64,000 nucleotides of DNA from the human T2T-CHM13v2.0 reference genome, Homo sapiens: the NCBI RefSeq assembly GCF_009914755.1, contig NC_060932.1; one strand, given 5' to 3'. Shown here one piece after another: positions 49,401-64,000 of the stretch. The position numbers were made by a program, and so were the translations under genes. Within the stretch, counting starts at the first letter, position 1; each line of letters begins with the position of its first letter. The notes below the pieces were generated by a model, which saw only the letters and a program-made list of their open reading frames with translations, searched no databases and was not told the DNA's origin.

Positions 49401-50413
49401 AAGTCATATATGGAAAATAGCTTTAAGGCACCACTACAACTACTAAATAGGTTTGTATTTTTAAAAGAACTTTATGGAATTATAGGAAGCATTTCTTGAT
49501 GTTATGAGATGTGTTGGAAATACAGAAGAATAGCTTATTTTGGAACAGATATTATTGGCTTGAAATTTTGCCAGTTCAAGCTGGTCTCTTTGGAAGACTA
49601 GACCTTTATTTTCTGGCTTGAAAATGCTTTGGACATAAGTACCCTATTATTTTGTTGTTAAAAATTATACTATTGACATCCCCAATTTTTTCTCCTGAAG
49701 TTCAGTATAACCTAGAAATAACTTCATTGCTACACTATTTCATTAACTACATGGGTGCTTTTTTAGTTAATAATGATGCATAATGTCTTCATGTGGCAGA
49801 AACACTAACCTGCCCCTTGTCATAAATCTGTAAAAAGATGGACATTGGTTTAAACCCAGTTGTTGAATTCTGTGCCTTTAACCAGTATGTTACACTGTCT
49901 AGTTGGGGAAGAATCCCAAATCTTCTTCTTTCTTTAGAAAAATCCAAAACAGCATACAAACTAGCAAACTCTCATAAATGTTGTTTGAGAAAATCAATTG
50001 CCCTAACTACTAAGACAAAGGATCTATAAAATCTGATGAGAACAATCTTTGTAATTTGATTTTTATAATTTTGTCAGCTTAAATTAGTAAAAAGTTAATA
50101 ATTATTACTTTTGTTACGCTTATAATAAATAATGTGTTTCTACACCTTCCATAAACACCTACAACCACACTTTTTACCACAGTTGGTGGAGTGAAGGGTG
50201 GATGGAGGAGATAGTGGCAAAAACACCCCAATCACTTTCAGTGATTAAAGTAAAGATGTGTCTAACTTTACTCCTAAAGTATCATCCAGTAAAGTGGAAT
50301 GTAAAACATACTTTTGAACTGTTTGAAATCAACTACATTCCTATGGCTTACGACTGTGGGACAAGTTTCTAACTATCAGATTTGATTTTTAATTAATCAG
50401 TGATATTTTATAC

Positions 50414-50937
50414 CAGCAGTCTCCAACCTTTTTGGCACCAAGGACCAGTTTTGTGAAAGACAATTTTTCCAGGGACTTGGGGGTTGGGAGGGTGAGGGAG
50501 GAATGGTTTTGGGATGATTCAAGCACATTACACTTATTGTACACTTTATTTCTATTATTATTACATTGTAATATATAATGAAGTAATTATACAACTCACT
50601 GTAATGTAAAATCAGTGGGAGCCCTGAGCTTGTTTTCTGCAACTAGACAGTCCCATCGGGGGGTGACGAGAGACAGTGACAGATCATCAGGCGTTAGATT
50701 CTCATAAGGAGCATGCAACCTAGATCCCTCATCTGCACAGTTCACAATAGGGTTCGCACTTCTATGAGAATGTAATGCCACTGCTGATCTGACAGGAGGT
50801 GGAGCTCAGGTGGTAATTAAAGCAATGGGAAGTGGCTGTAAATACAGATGAAGCTTCCTTCACTGGTTCACCCACCACTCACCTCCTGCTGTGTGGCCCC
50901 GTTCCTAATAGGCCACAGACTGGTACCAGGACCCCTG
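50414..50937 (+). mobile_element. MER1A (hAT-Charlie) DNA transposon
   Basis: CAGCAGTCTCCAACCTTTTTGGCACC...GGACCCCTG; 8-bp TSD TTTTATAC/TTTTACAC. Confidence 0.92.
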
Positions 50938-51679
50938 TTTTACACGATGTGGAGTCTTTTGTATGCAAAGAATATTGTTGACTTTCGCCACACGGAAGCC
51001 CCCCCGCCCCGCTTCCCCCGCCTTTTTCCTTTCCAGTTACATTCCCACAGGTATTCTTAGTACCACAACTGCAGTTGAATTTCACAGTATGGTGGGTGGT
51101 AAGCTATGGTGGGCGGTACGCTTGGATAAGGCTGGCTATTTAGAAATTTGGAATAAATGTAGTGTTATGACTAACAGTAATGTTGCCTATCAAAAATTGT
51201 GAATGTTAATAAATGTTTTCAACACAATCGTTAATGCTTTCCAGTGAGTTAAACCAGCTTCATGTTACAGTTGTATTTTCCATCCCAGTAGGGAGTCATT
51301 ATTAAATGGGGTCATGTTTTCAAGCCCAACTTAAAATCCCTCTTACAGATTGCCTTCCCCACCCCACCCCCAGTTTTCTCTCATCACTTATACATTGAAA
51401 TAATTGCTTATTGTTTTCCCTCTTTAAATTTTTTTTGAGAAGTCAAAAATTGAGTACCTTGTTCAGTGTTTTTGCTTATGAAATACTTTGTGAATAAATT
51501 TTGTTCTTAGCTGAAGAAAATTTCTTAGGCAGTTAAGAAAATACTAATAAGCTAATTAATGAATAAAAACTAATTTCATTGGTCCTGATTGGAAGTGCAA
51601 CATTTACCGATATTTAGCTATAATCCTTTTGATCAGTCAGAAATTTGTAATTATTCTTTGAGAAATAAAAAGTTGAGAG

Positions 51680-51990
51680 GGCTGGGTGCGGTGGCTCACA
51701 CCTATAATCCCAACACGTTGAGAGGCCGAAGCAGGTGGATCACTTGAGGTCATGAGTTCGTGACCAGCCTGACCAACACTGTGAAACCCCATTCTCTACC
51801 AAAAAAAAAACAAAAAAAAAGAAAAAAGAAAAAAATTAACCAGGCATTGTGATGTGCGCCTGTAGTCTCAGCTACACAGGAGGCTGAGTCAGGAGAATCA
51901 CTTGAACCTGGGAGACGATGCTGCAGTGAGCCAAGATTACACCACTGTACTCCAGCCTGGGCGACAGAGGAAGACTGTCTAAAAAAAATA
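51680..51990 (+). mobile_element. Alu (AluS) with expanded linker
   Basis: Full Alu. Confidence 0.92.
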
Positions 51991-53289
51991 GAAAAGGAAG
52001 TTGAAAACAGCTTAGGGAAGAGCTGCAACCACTGACCAGCACCAGTACTCCATCATAATATATGCTTTTCACTTATAAGGAACTGTAATGTAAACTGTGG
52101 ACTTTGGGTGATAATGATGTGTGAACACGGGATGACTGGGTACAACACATGTAGCACTCCAGTGGGAGACATCGAAATGCATATGTGGCGGCAGGAGGTG
52201 TATGGGAGCTCTCTGTACCTTCCTCTTAATTTTGCTATGAAGCTAAAGTGGCTTTAAAAATACAAATACAGAAAAAAACTTGTGCTTTCTATAGATTAAT
52301 TTGAACATAGACACATTAATATAATAGATACATTGATTTGAACATAGGTACATTAAGTTGAACACTTAAGGTTTTTATGATGTCCTATACCACAATAAAC
52401 TGAAGAAGTCTGCCTTACAAATTTGTTCAAAGAACTCTCAATGCTCTCACTGCTCCTTCCCTGCCTTGAACAGGAAGTGTCATCCAGTGCAATAAGGGGG
52501 AAAATAAAATGTGCATAGCAATCAGAAAGGAAGAAATAAAGCAGTTTCTATTCACAGATGCAGTTCCTATTTAAATTCATCAGCAAGGTTTTGGTTTTAT
52601 GAATGATAATATTAAAATGTAAAAAACACTATTTTCATTATGTAATGTGTCACCTACAAGATGCTGAATTCCTGTTGCAGCGGATGCTGAATTCACTCTG
52701 CCCTTCTTATAAGAAATATGTTGGGCCAACCTTTTGTTTTTAAGTTTGCTTACAGCCTTACCTGTGCTCTTTCAAAGTAGATTTTCACTATTTTGAACAC
52801 TCTATTAAGGTAAAGATGTGTTCGGCCAATGAAACTACTAGAGCAAAATGTTTACACTGTATTTCTGATTTGATTGTTTTAATACAACTGAATTAGTGTT
52901 TTCTCCTATCTCTATGCAATATTAATTCCTGGGATGTCTGTGTAAATTAATTAATTTACTGACCAGAACTCTACTTTAGCTTCTTATGGTTTTGTTTTCT
53001 TAACATTTAGAAACGGCTAAATTTAGAGGACATAAATTTTCTCCATGAGATTGTTTAAATTCAGTTGACTTTTTAATGTGGATTATATTTGAACTTGAAT
53101 GCCGCACGCATTTTTAAGGCTGGTTCATGGCTTCTGTCACTGGTACGTTGTATTTCTCACTGTACTATTCTTTTACGTTGCCTCTTGTCTGAAATGAACC
53201 TGATTTTAACCTTTTATTTTCTGGTCTAATTATATGAGCTTGTGGGGAGCCTCACATATTGTTAGTATATCTCCTTAAATAACATGCAT

Positions 53290-53641
<352 letters not shown>

Positions 53642-54297
53642 TCAGGGAGTTTGGTCCTGGAGGAGAGACGGCTGCAGAACCTCAAATATTACTGAATTAA
53701 AAAGGAAAAGATTGTATTGATCATTTTACCGTGTGGGGATTCAAATACTAAGAGGATAATGATGATGATAATGATGACGATGAAAGCTTGTTTATGGGAC
53801 ATTTTACTCTTCCAAAGTCTGGGAAGGAATTTCAAGTGTATTCTGGGGACTTCTGAAAATATTAGCCAATGTTAGAAACAAAGTCGCAAGCCAAAGGGAT
53901 TGCTTTTGAATTTAGGCTTGTGATCCATCTTCTTTTAATTCACTGTTTTAATTAATAAAAGTCTGGAATATTTACAGAGGATTGTTTATAAAACTTCACA
54001 AATTAGAAACTTGGAATTAAAAATATATATATAAAATATTTTATATGTGTAAAAACAGGATAATATTTAAATATCTGACCTCATGAGAATAATGACTCAG
54101 ATTTCTTGTTATCGTGAGACTTTTTCTCAATCAACTTTTTATTAATATTCATAACATTTATGCAACATGAAGATTCTGAAGGGTCTTTGTTGTCTGAGAA
54201 CACATCTATTTCAGATCTGCGGAGTGTATCACTTTTTGCTGTGTCTTCAAAGTGACTCTTGGTTTATTGCCTGCTAAGGCTAATAAATGTATAATAA

Positions 54298-54510
<213 letters not shown>

Positions 54511-56009
54511 TAATTAAAAAGACATTCACAGAACTTAACACCTTTTATCAATTTATTCGCGAGAACAAATGTGAGAACGTGAGACCATTGTGCAAAAAGT
54601 AGTGAGGAATGCAGTCCAAAGAAAATTTGACGATTAACATCCTCAGAACTGAGAAAAACAAAAATGAAAAAAGACTGAATTCTTGGGCAGGTAGTCTTAT
54701 ATCTTGCTTAATGTTTTTACTTTTAATAGAAATAGAACTGATAGGTATAAAGATTATGGCTTGCTGGTGCTGTGATAACAGTATTTATATTTTTATGGCT
54801 TTCCTAAATTCCACTTCAACTTTCAAATGCTTCATTGAAAAGTTCTGGGTTCTAATTTTTTTTAAGATTAAGTAATAATTAAGTGGATAATTTAAAGTTT
54901 GCTTGGATACAGGATTGTGCAGAAGTTGCCTTTCCTATTCAAAAATGTTAATTTGTTTGTCACAGTTTATTCATTCAAAAGATTAATAGCTGAAAGATAA
55001 ATGGTGATTTTTATCTGCCACTGGTGTTGTTATTTAGCTGTTTGAGTAGGCCATATGACTAAAACATAACAAGGAGTTGAACTGTGCTCCCTGATCACTG
55101 TAGTTATCTAGGTTGTTGGGTTGTTTTGTTTTCATTTTTAAGATTACTGTTTGATTTCCTTTCAGCTTTATAAACATTTTCTTAAGGAGAGACAAAAGCT
55201 CCTCTCAGCAAAACTGTTTGTTTGAAATACCGTGTAAGGAATTGAAGTGTAAAGTAAAAACACAAATTCCCCCCATTCTCGCTCATAAGAGATTATATAT
55301 GATGCACAATGACATAATGAGATTTGTCCTTGAATTTTTTATCACCTGCCTACAAAGAGAATTGATATAAATTGTGTTGTTGCCAGTTTTTCCTGCATTA
55401 GCGTTTCCCTACCTAAGTATCCATCACTCTTGTCATTGAGATATCCTAGAAACTTGTTGTTGTCTTTCGAGGCTGTGAAATTTTCTTATTTTCAGTTGTT
55501 TTTCAACTTGATACAAGGCCATGATACCGTTGTTGAATTCATAAAACCTTCTTAAATATAAAGTAGATACAGTTCTAAGATAGGGAGGTTCTTAACTAGT
55601 TAAATAGTTGTTGGAAAAGTGCACCTTGGTGGAAATAAAACAGAGCCTTGACTTTGCCAGAGTCCATCATTGACTCCAAATATGTAGCAACACCTGTGTG
55701 TTCTAAAACTACGTCAAGTGGTGGGGAGAAGTTGGGGTAAAATAAATTAGATTTTGAAATGGAATAAAGAAAAAATAATGGTAGAACACTGTAAGGTGAA
55801 GACAGACATATAGTAGATGCTAGTTACAGACTGGACTCTGAACTTCCTTGCAAATGATTCAGAAAAGAATATATGAGAAATTGCCTTTAAATTATAAAGC
55901 TTTACACAAATGTTCATTAGTATTAATTGTACTATCAAAATTTCAAAAGGAGTTAAAACTCCAGGAGTTTATAGTTTTGTAGTCCCGAGTATAAAGCTGT
56001 GTTCTCAAA

Positions 56010-56013
<4 letters not shown>

Positions 56014-56042
<29 letters not shown>

Positions 56043-56325
56043 GAGATGGAGTCTTGCTCTGTTGCCCCGGCTGGAGTGCAGTGGTGCGATCTTGGCTCAC
56101 TGCAACCTCTACCTCCCTGGTGCAAGCAATTCTCCCTGCCTCAGCCTCCCGACTAGCTGGGAGTACAGGTGCCCGCCAGCACGCCTGGCTAATTTTTGTA
56201 TTATTTAGTAGAGACAGGGTTTCACCATGTTGTCCAGGCTGGTCTTGAACTCCTGACCTCAGGTGATCTGCCCACCTTGCCTACCAATGTACTGGGATTA
56301 TAGGTGTGAGCCACTGCGCCCTGCC
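56014..56325 (-). mobile_element. Alu (AluS) in the long ANGPT2 3' UTR
   Basis: 17-bp TSD CTGTGTTCTCAAATTTT at 55997 and 56326. Confidence 0.95.
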
Positions 56326-57569
56326 CTGTGTTCTCAAATTTTTGGTAAATATTTAAATATATTATGAACATCAGATTTTGTTTTTGCACTTTGAAACCCT
56401 TTTTTTTTTTCAGTTTGCTGATTGACACAAAAAAACTTACTAGTGTCAATTATTTTTTTCCTTAAGTAAATTTAAGGGTGAATCTTGAGACATATAGCTT
56501 TGTAAATTTCTTAAATAGAAGGCTTTTCTCAACCAGAAATTAAATTGTAGTCTAGTTCTATAAAAATATATCTTACTAGGAAAGAAAACAGACCTCTGTT
56601 TTAGAATAGTGAGAAGATAGTAAAGTTTCTTTGTCATAGAATGAAATGTATAATTTTCCTCATCATTAAAAGTAAGAAGTTTCCTTATCACAAGGCACAA
56701 TTAGGTCTTTTGGAAACAAATTATAAAATTGTAAATATTATCATAAAAGTTAAACATAGGCATATCCCCTAATAAGTTATATTTAATTACTAAAAATACC
56801 TTCATATTTAACAATCAGGCAGAAAAAAATAGTACGGTCTGCATATAAACTAAAATGGCACGTTTCTGTTGATAATTTCAGAGATTCTGGAAGTTTCTAC
56901 CATATAAATTTGAAATACGTATTTGAGCATTAACTTATAACTAAGCTGTCAACATAAATGTAAATACGCTGTTTTTGAAATAAAAATTTAAAGCACCTAA
57001 GAGATGGAGTAAAAATGCACTAACTGTTTTTCCAAATATTAAACTTCTAGTAACCCCTTCTCAGAATATCCCTGAATATGTCTTTTTATGGCTTAGAGAG
57101 TTTTTTTCTTCCTTTTAATTGTGATAGTGATGGTGAATTCAGGACATATGGGTATTTACACAGTGTATAAACAGTGCTCAGAAGAATGCAGTTCCAAGAT
57201 GATCTGTATTGTATAACATAAGTGTTCTGTTTTCCAGTTATTTACTGATAAACTTGCACATAACATTCTTGGTTGTGACAGCAGCGTCTGTAAACTGTCA
57301 GTCTGATTCTCAGCCTCGGGTTCATCTTTGCATAGGTGTTCTGTCTAATCACAATTATGGATGTTTAGGGTCTTGCTTTGGTCCGTTAAGTGATGCAAGT
57401 TTAAGTGATAAAGTTTACAGGCTCTAATCTGGAGCATGTGGGTCCCGTCAGCACCGAGCACACGCCCTCTGTGGTGGAAGAGGACACAGTGCGCAGCCGT
57501 GACTTTCAGTGCACTGGGCTTAAGTCTTTGAAAATAGTTCGAGACAGTTCCTCAGGTGGACTGGGATGT

Positions 57570-57730
57570 TTAGAAATCTGCTGGTCGGATCATCATGGTT
57601 GTGGCCTTGAGCGAATAGCCTGAGCCTTTCCAGTAGTACCATTTAATGCCGTTGAACTTATTTGTGTTCTGCCTCTGTGGATAGTACATTCCGTTCAAGT
57701 TGGAAGGACCACATGCATCAAACCACCAGC
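57570..57730 (-). CDS. ANGPT2: ANGPT2 last exon, coding part including TAA
   Basis: Minus-strand TCACAG| acceptor; (G)WWFDACGPSNLNGMYYPQRQNTNKFNGIKWYYWKGSGYSLKATTMMIRPADF*, the angiopoietin-2 C-terminus; phase matches the preceding exon. Confidence 0.98.
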
Positions 57731-58396
57731 CTGTGAAAGTAAAACACAGAAGGAATTAGGAACTAGGTGATGCCAGCTCCCACCACGAAGACAGCAATAC
57801 TCAGCTAAGGCAGGAGGCACACTGCAGGCGTGTGGAGTAGGCACATGCAGATGATGGTGAGTATAGGATGTGCACTGGCAGAGGGATTGTTTTCCAGCCA
57901 TACACCCATGACATCACAGTTCCATTACGGCAAATGCTTTTACAAGCCTTCTTCCACCTTTTCCCTTGTGCTGTGTGGAGAGGCCTGAATTCTCCACAGT
58001 CCTATTTGGTAAGCCCACAGTGTGTACACACTTACAGCAGGAGTAAGCAAACATCTGAGGCACAGTTGGAAAACTCTCCTTCAACCAGGATTACTTTGCA
58101 GTCCCAGCAACATGGTGGGCTGGACTCACTCAGGCTCCCCTTGCTCTATTAAATGATTTTTTCGGTTGAAGTTTAACCTAAAATATTAAGTACTCAGTGG
58201 AGCTACATAAAAAGGAAGTCTCTATGTTTCAGAGACAAAAAGGAAATTTAAAGTGAGAGTGTGTGCTCACTCAGCTAAAGCCAGGGCAGGAGAGGTGTCC
58301 AGCACAGGGGCTGTGGGAGTGAAGCCCCATCTGCACCTTAATTTCTGGGCTTGGCCAAAAACAGGAGCATGCTGGGGTTTGTGAGAGAAAGAAACA

Positions 58397-59390
<994 letters not shown>

Positions 59391-59641
59391 TAACCTTGAT
59401 TTTACATATGTTAAACTGAATAAATCTCAAAAACACTGTGTTGGAGGAACACATACAGTATGATACTCCTTATATTAATTTTTAAAATAGAGAAAATAAT
59501 TATGATTGATATCTCCATATGTAGGAAAATTAATAAATAAAGTGAATTAACCTCGACCCAAGCGTCAGGTAGGGAATGGCACTGGCAGGTCCTCTTTAGC
59601 CTTACCCGTAATGCATTATTTCTTAATAAAAACTCTATGCC

Positions 59642-60462
59642 AAAGAATATATATATATATATTCTTATGTATATATAGAATATATATATATATTCTTATG
59701 TATATATAGAATATATATATATATTCTTATGTATATATAGAATATATATATATATTCTTATGTATATATAGAATATATATATTCTTTATATATGTTTTAT
59801 ATATATGTATACATATATATGTTATATACATATATATGTATATAACATATATATGTTATATACATATATATGTATATAACATATATATGTTATATACATA
59901 TATATGTATATAACATATATATGTTATATACATATAGAAAGAATATATATACTTTATATATGTATATATAGAATGTATATTCTTTATGTATATATGGAAT
60001 ATATATATTCTTTATATATTTATATGTGAATGTATATATTCTTTATATCTATTTATATATAGAATATATATACTTTACATATATAGAATATATGTATTCT
60101 TTATTACGTATATATATTCTATATATATTCTATATATATTCTTTATATATACGTATATATATTCTATATATATTCTTTATATATACGTATATATAGAATA
60201 TATATATTCTTTATATATGTATATATAAAAACATGCATATTCTTTATATATGTATATATAAAAACATGCATATTCTTTATATATGTATATATAAAAACAT
60301 ACATATTCTTTATATATGTATATATAAAAACATACATATTCTTTATATATGTATATATAAAAACATACATATTCTTTATATATGTATATATAAAAACATA
60401 TACATATTCTTTATATATGTATATATATAAAAACATATATATATTCTTTATATATATATATG
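59642..60462. repeat. Compound AT-rich minisatellite (~31-, 34- and 33-bp unit blocks)
   Basis: About 4, 3 and 7 copies; 33-bp unit ATTCTTTATATATGTATATATAAAAACATRCAT. Confidence 0.95.
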
Positions 60463-61309
60463 TTGTGTTTATACATTGGTTTGTTATTTCATCCAGGTTC
60501 CTACATTCTTTCTTGGTGGTAACAGCTCAGTGACTTCATTTGATTCAGGTGAATGCAGATTGGACGGAAGTTTGCGTGTTCTATTCAGAATCCTTCACAT
60601 ATTCAGGACTTTGACAGATTCATAGGTCAGTGCCTTCTGGAGCTTGTCCAACTAGAGAAGTTGCTGTCCATGCAAAATGGAGCTGCTCATTAGGCTGGTT
60701 CATTCATGGTCCAGACCACTGGCTGGAATTTGACCTCTTCACAGGCAAGACCACTCCACTTTCTCTCTTGGGCTGTTTTTCCTCTCCCCAGTCTCTTTTC
60801 CAATTACATTCTCAGTCCCTAAATCTTGATTTGCGTAAGTAAATATATTGTTTCCTTGGTTATTAATGAAATTCTCCTACTCTCCTGAGAAGCTCAGCAC
60901 ATACGGGTGGTCTAATAAGCACACCCTTCTCAAGGAGAGAGCTGGGTCCAGCATGTGGGGAAATGGTAGACAGGAAACAAAGTCCTAGGTGTCTGTGGCT
61001 CCTCCACCTGACCCTTTCCCTGCTGTTCAGCTTTAAAAAGGATGATTGTGCCAGGATGAAGGAAACAGGAAGCTTTTGCAAAATCAATAGGAGGGCTTTG
61101 CTCATTGGTGTAATAATGGTGTAACATAGGGAGGACCTGTGGTACCAAATAGTAGTCATATTATCTCAGGAACCAGAGGATTGCTTTTTTTTTTTTTTTA
61201 ATGAGGCCTGATTCTTTCAGCATAAAAGGCATGAAATTTAAAGACATGAAAATTACTGAATTTCATATTATTTTCATTACTAAATCCTCCTTTTGACTGT
61301 TAATGATGC

Positions 61310-61607
<298 letters not shown>

Positions 61608-61969
61608 TAATGATTCCTATAGTGTAAATGCATCATAACTTGGGTCATCCATTTGTTTAATGTAGTAACTTTCATTTATAAAACATGTTGACCATAGCTG
61701 TTACCTTTGGTTTTCCTGGGTGGGTAACATATTAATTTTTGCAGATATGATTTATGTTCTCTAGAAATTAAACCCTGCCAATTTTCCTGTTATTCTTTAC
61801 ATTCATTTTGCACTATTGGCAGAGTTTTTGTTGCTACTTTAAATCTTTCAGTGTTTTTCAAGAACTAACTTGACAGCATTTGTCACACTTTTTTCTTGTC
61901 TCAGTCACTAAGTAGCGTTTGTTCCTGTCAGTGAATTTCTAAACTTTTAACAAATCAGAAAAATAACAC

Positions 61970-62286
<317 letters not shown>

Positions 62287-62571
62287 AGAAAAATAACATT
62301 TTCTAAAACTTTATTCCTATGTTTGAACTCTCAAATGTTTCTGAATACCAACCCATCTGTTTTAAGTGACTACTACAATGGTTTTTGGCTTATGAGTGTG
62401 GTTTTCATTGTCTGTTTTATGGCAGTGTAATACCAAACCTACAATACAAGAAAGGTCTCAAAGTAGAAGATGACTCATTTTAATTTGATTTACTAAAAAA
62501 GGTGGATTAACTCATTTGTGTTTATAGGTGTTGCTATATATTAATGGAATCTTTTTTAAAAAGACAGCTGG

Positions 62572-62860
62572 GGCCGGGTGTGGTGGCTCACACCTGTAAT
62601 CTCAACACTTCTGGAGGCTGAGGCGGGCAGATCACTTGAGGTCAGCAGTTCGAGACCAGCCTGGCAAACATGGTGAAACCCTCCCTCTACTAAAAATACA
62701 AAATTAGCCGGGTGCAGTGGTGGGCGCCTATAATCCCAGCACTGGGGAGGCTGAGGCAGGAGAATCGCTTGAGCCTGGGAGGCAGGGGTTGCAGTGAGCT
62801 GCGATCACACTCCCTTCTGGACAACAAAGTAAGACTCTGTCTCAAAATAAATAAATAAAC
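62572..62860 (+). mobile_element. Alu (AluS)
   Basis: Full Alu; GACAGCTGG on both flanks. Confidence 0.92.
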
Positions 62861-63335
62861 AACTGGAGACTGTGTCTGTAAATAAATAAATAATAAATGA
62901 CAGCTGGAAATTCCTTCTTTGAACATTAAATTATTAGTTGGAAATATTTCTATAATCTATATTACTGTTGTGGTTGCTACTTGGAATTTTTAACTTTTTA
63001 CATAAAGCAAAATGTAATTAAACCATCTCTCTAGTATCCAGCAAGCACAAACGCAGGAGAGCTTGCTAAGAATCAAATATCCCCTCTCCTTGCCAGGGCT
63101 AGGTCCTGAGGAGACACAGTTGGCTTGCTGACAAGTCTAGCTCCATATCATATTCTCACTTAAAACTTAGTCTAAAAAAAGTGAAAAACACATTTACCTA
63201 TATCAAGCTAGTGTGTCTACGTATGAAATTGTGGACATCGTTACAAATCACAATTTGTAGTCCAAATTGCCAGCCTTTCCCTCTATGAAATCATTCCTTG
63301 CCAATACAAATAGGAAGACAGAAAGTCATCCCTAC

Positions 63336-63466
63336 CTCCTGTTAGCATTTGTGAACATTTGCAAATACATTTGTCGTTGTCTCCATCCTTTGTGCTAAAA
63401 TCATTTCCTGGTTGGCTGATGCTGCTTATTTTGCCGGCTGTCCCTGTAAGTCCTTTAAGGTGAATC
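63336..63466 (-). CDS. ANGPT2: ANGPT2 penultimate exon (131 bp), fibrinogen-like domain
   Basis: Minus-strand TTACAG| acceptor and G|GTAGG donor; (R)IHLKGLTGTAGKISSISQPGNDFSTKDGDNDKCICKCSQMLTG(G), with the FSTxDxDND Ca-binding loop. Confidence 0.97.
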
Positions 63467-64000
63467 CTGTAAGCGTGCAAAGAAAAAAAACACATTGGCT
63501 AGGGTCATTGATTTACCGTAGTGGCAAATTTTTTGTGATGAAGAATTCCATTCTACAGAAGCGTGTTCTGTACTCGTTAATGGACTAATGCATACTCTGG
63601 ACAAAATATTTTGCACTGGTATAAACAGGAACCAACTTATCATCAAATCCTTCAGCAAAGAGGGATGTTTTCATGAAACCTTCAACACATATCACTTGCA
63701 CAACTATCAGAAGCGACTGTAGAGCCCTGTAATTTATTTTCCTGCTGCTTTCAGATAAACAGAAGAGAAAGAAATGCAGCACCAGGCTCCTCCTCCCAGG
63801 TCTCCAGTCATCTTCCATAGAGACGGAGTCCTGAGACAACTGGGCAACCTCAAACATTATTTTCCGCAGGGGGCCCCGGGGGGGATGGAGAATGCAGCAG
63901 ACAAGGAATGGCCACTGAGTTTGGGGAAGAAATCTACAGAACGGTGCTGAAAATAAATCCTTGTGGCTACATTTCCTCATGTCTGTATAGTAGGGTAATG

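Noticed and set aside
52295-52700. Short imperfect duplications (TTGAACATAG.., GATGCTGAATTC; also near 25318 and 44840)
   Set aside because: Ordinary 11-20 bp slippage products with no larger structure
59986-60436. ORFs with 11-aa repeats, or a CRISPR-like array
   Set aside because: Translation of a 33-bp minisatellite; no unique spacers, and the context is eukaryotic

Overview
Primate (human-like) genomic DNA from the MCPH1/ANGPT2 locus; gene identity, exon numbers and 8p23 location are from recall, not a search. The + strand carries the 3' end of MCPH1 exon 8 and exons 9-12, which splice in frame at GT-AG sites and encode the linker and second BRCT domain. The - strand carries the last two coding exons and long 3' UTR of ANGPT2. 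Intron 9 holds an antisense processed pseudogene of AK6 (hCINAP). The rest is intronic: about 30 Alus, L1/L2/MIR pieces, LTRs and DNA-transposon fossils (Cheshire, MER1A, MER44, MER5). Nearly all ORFs in the supplied track come from repeats or chance. I found no new protein-coding system. The most unusual structures are: a truncated L1 that appears to carry a 3' transduction bracketed by a ~90-110 bp direct repeat; a perfect 114-bp AT-rich palindrome inside a compound minisatellite; an AK6 retrocopy apparently made from the minor MCHRKP isoform; a probable antisense overlap of the ANGPT2 3' UTR with MCPH1 exon 12; a triple-nested Alu; and a templated micro-rearrangement scar.
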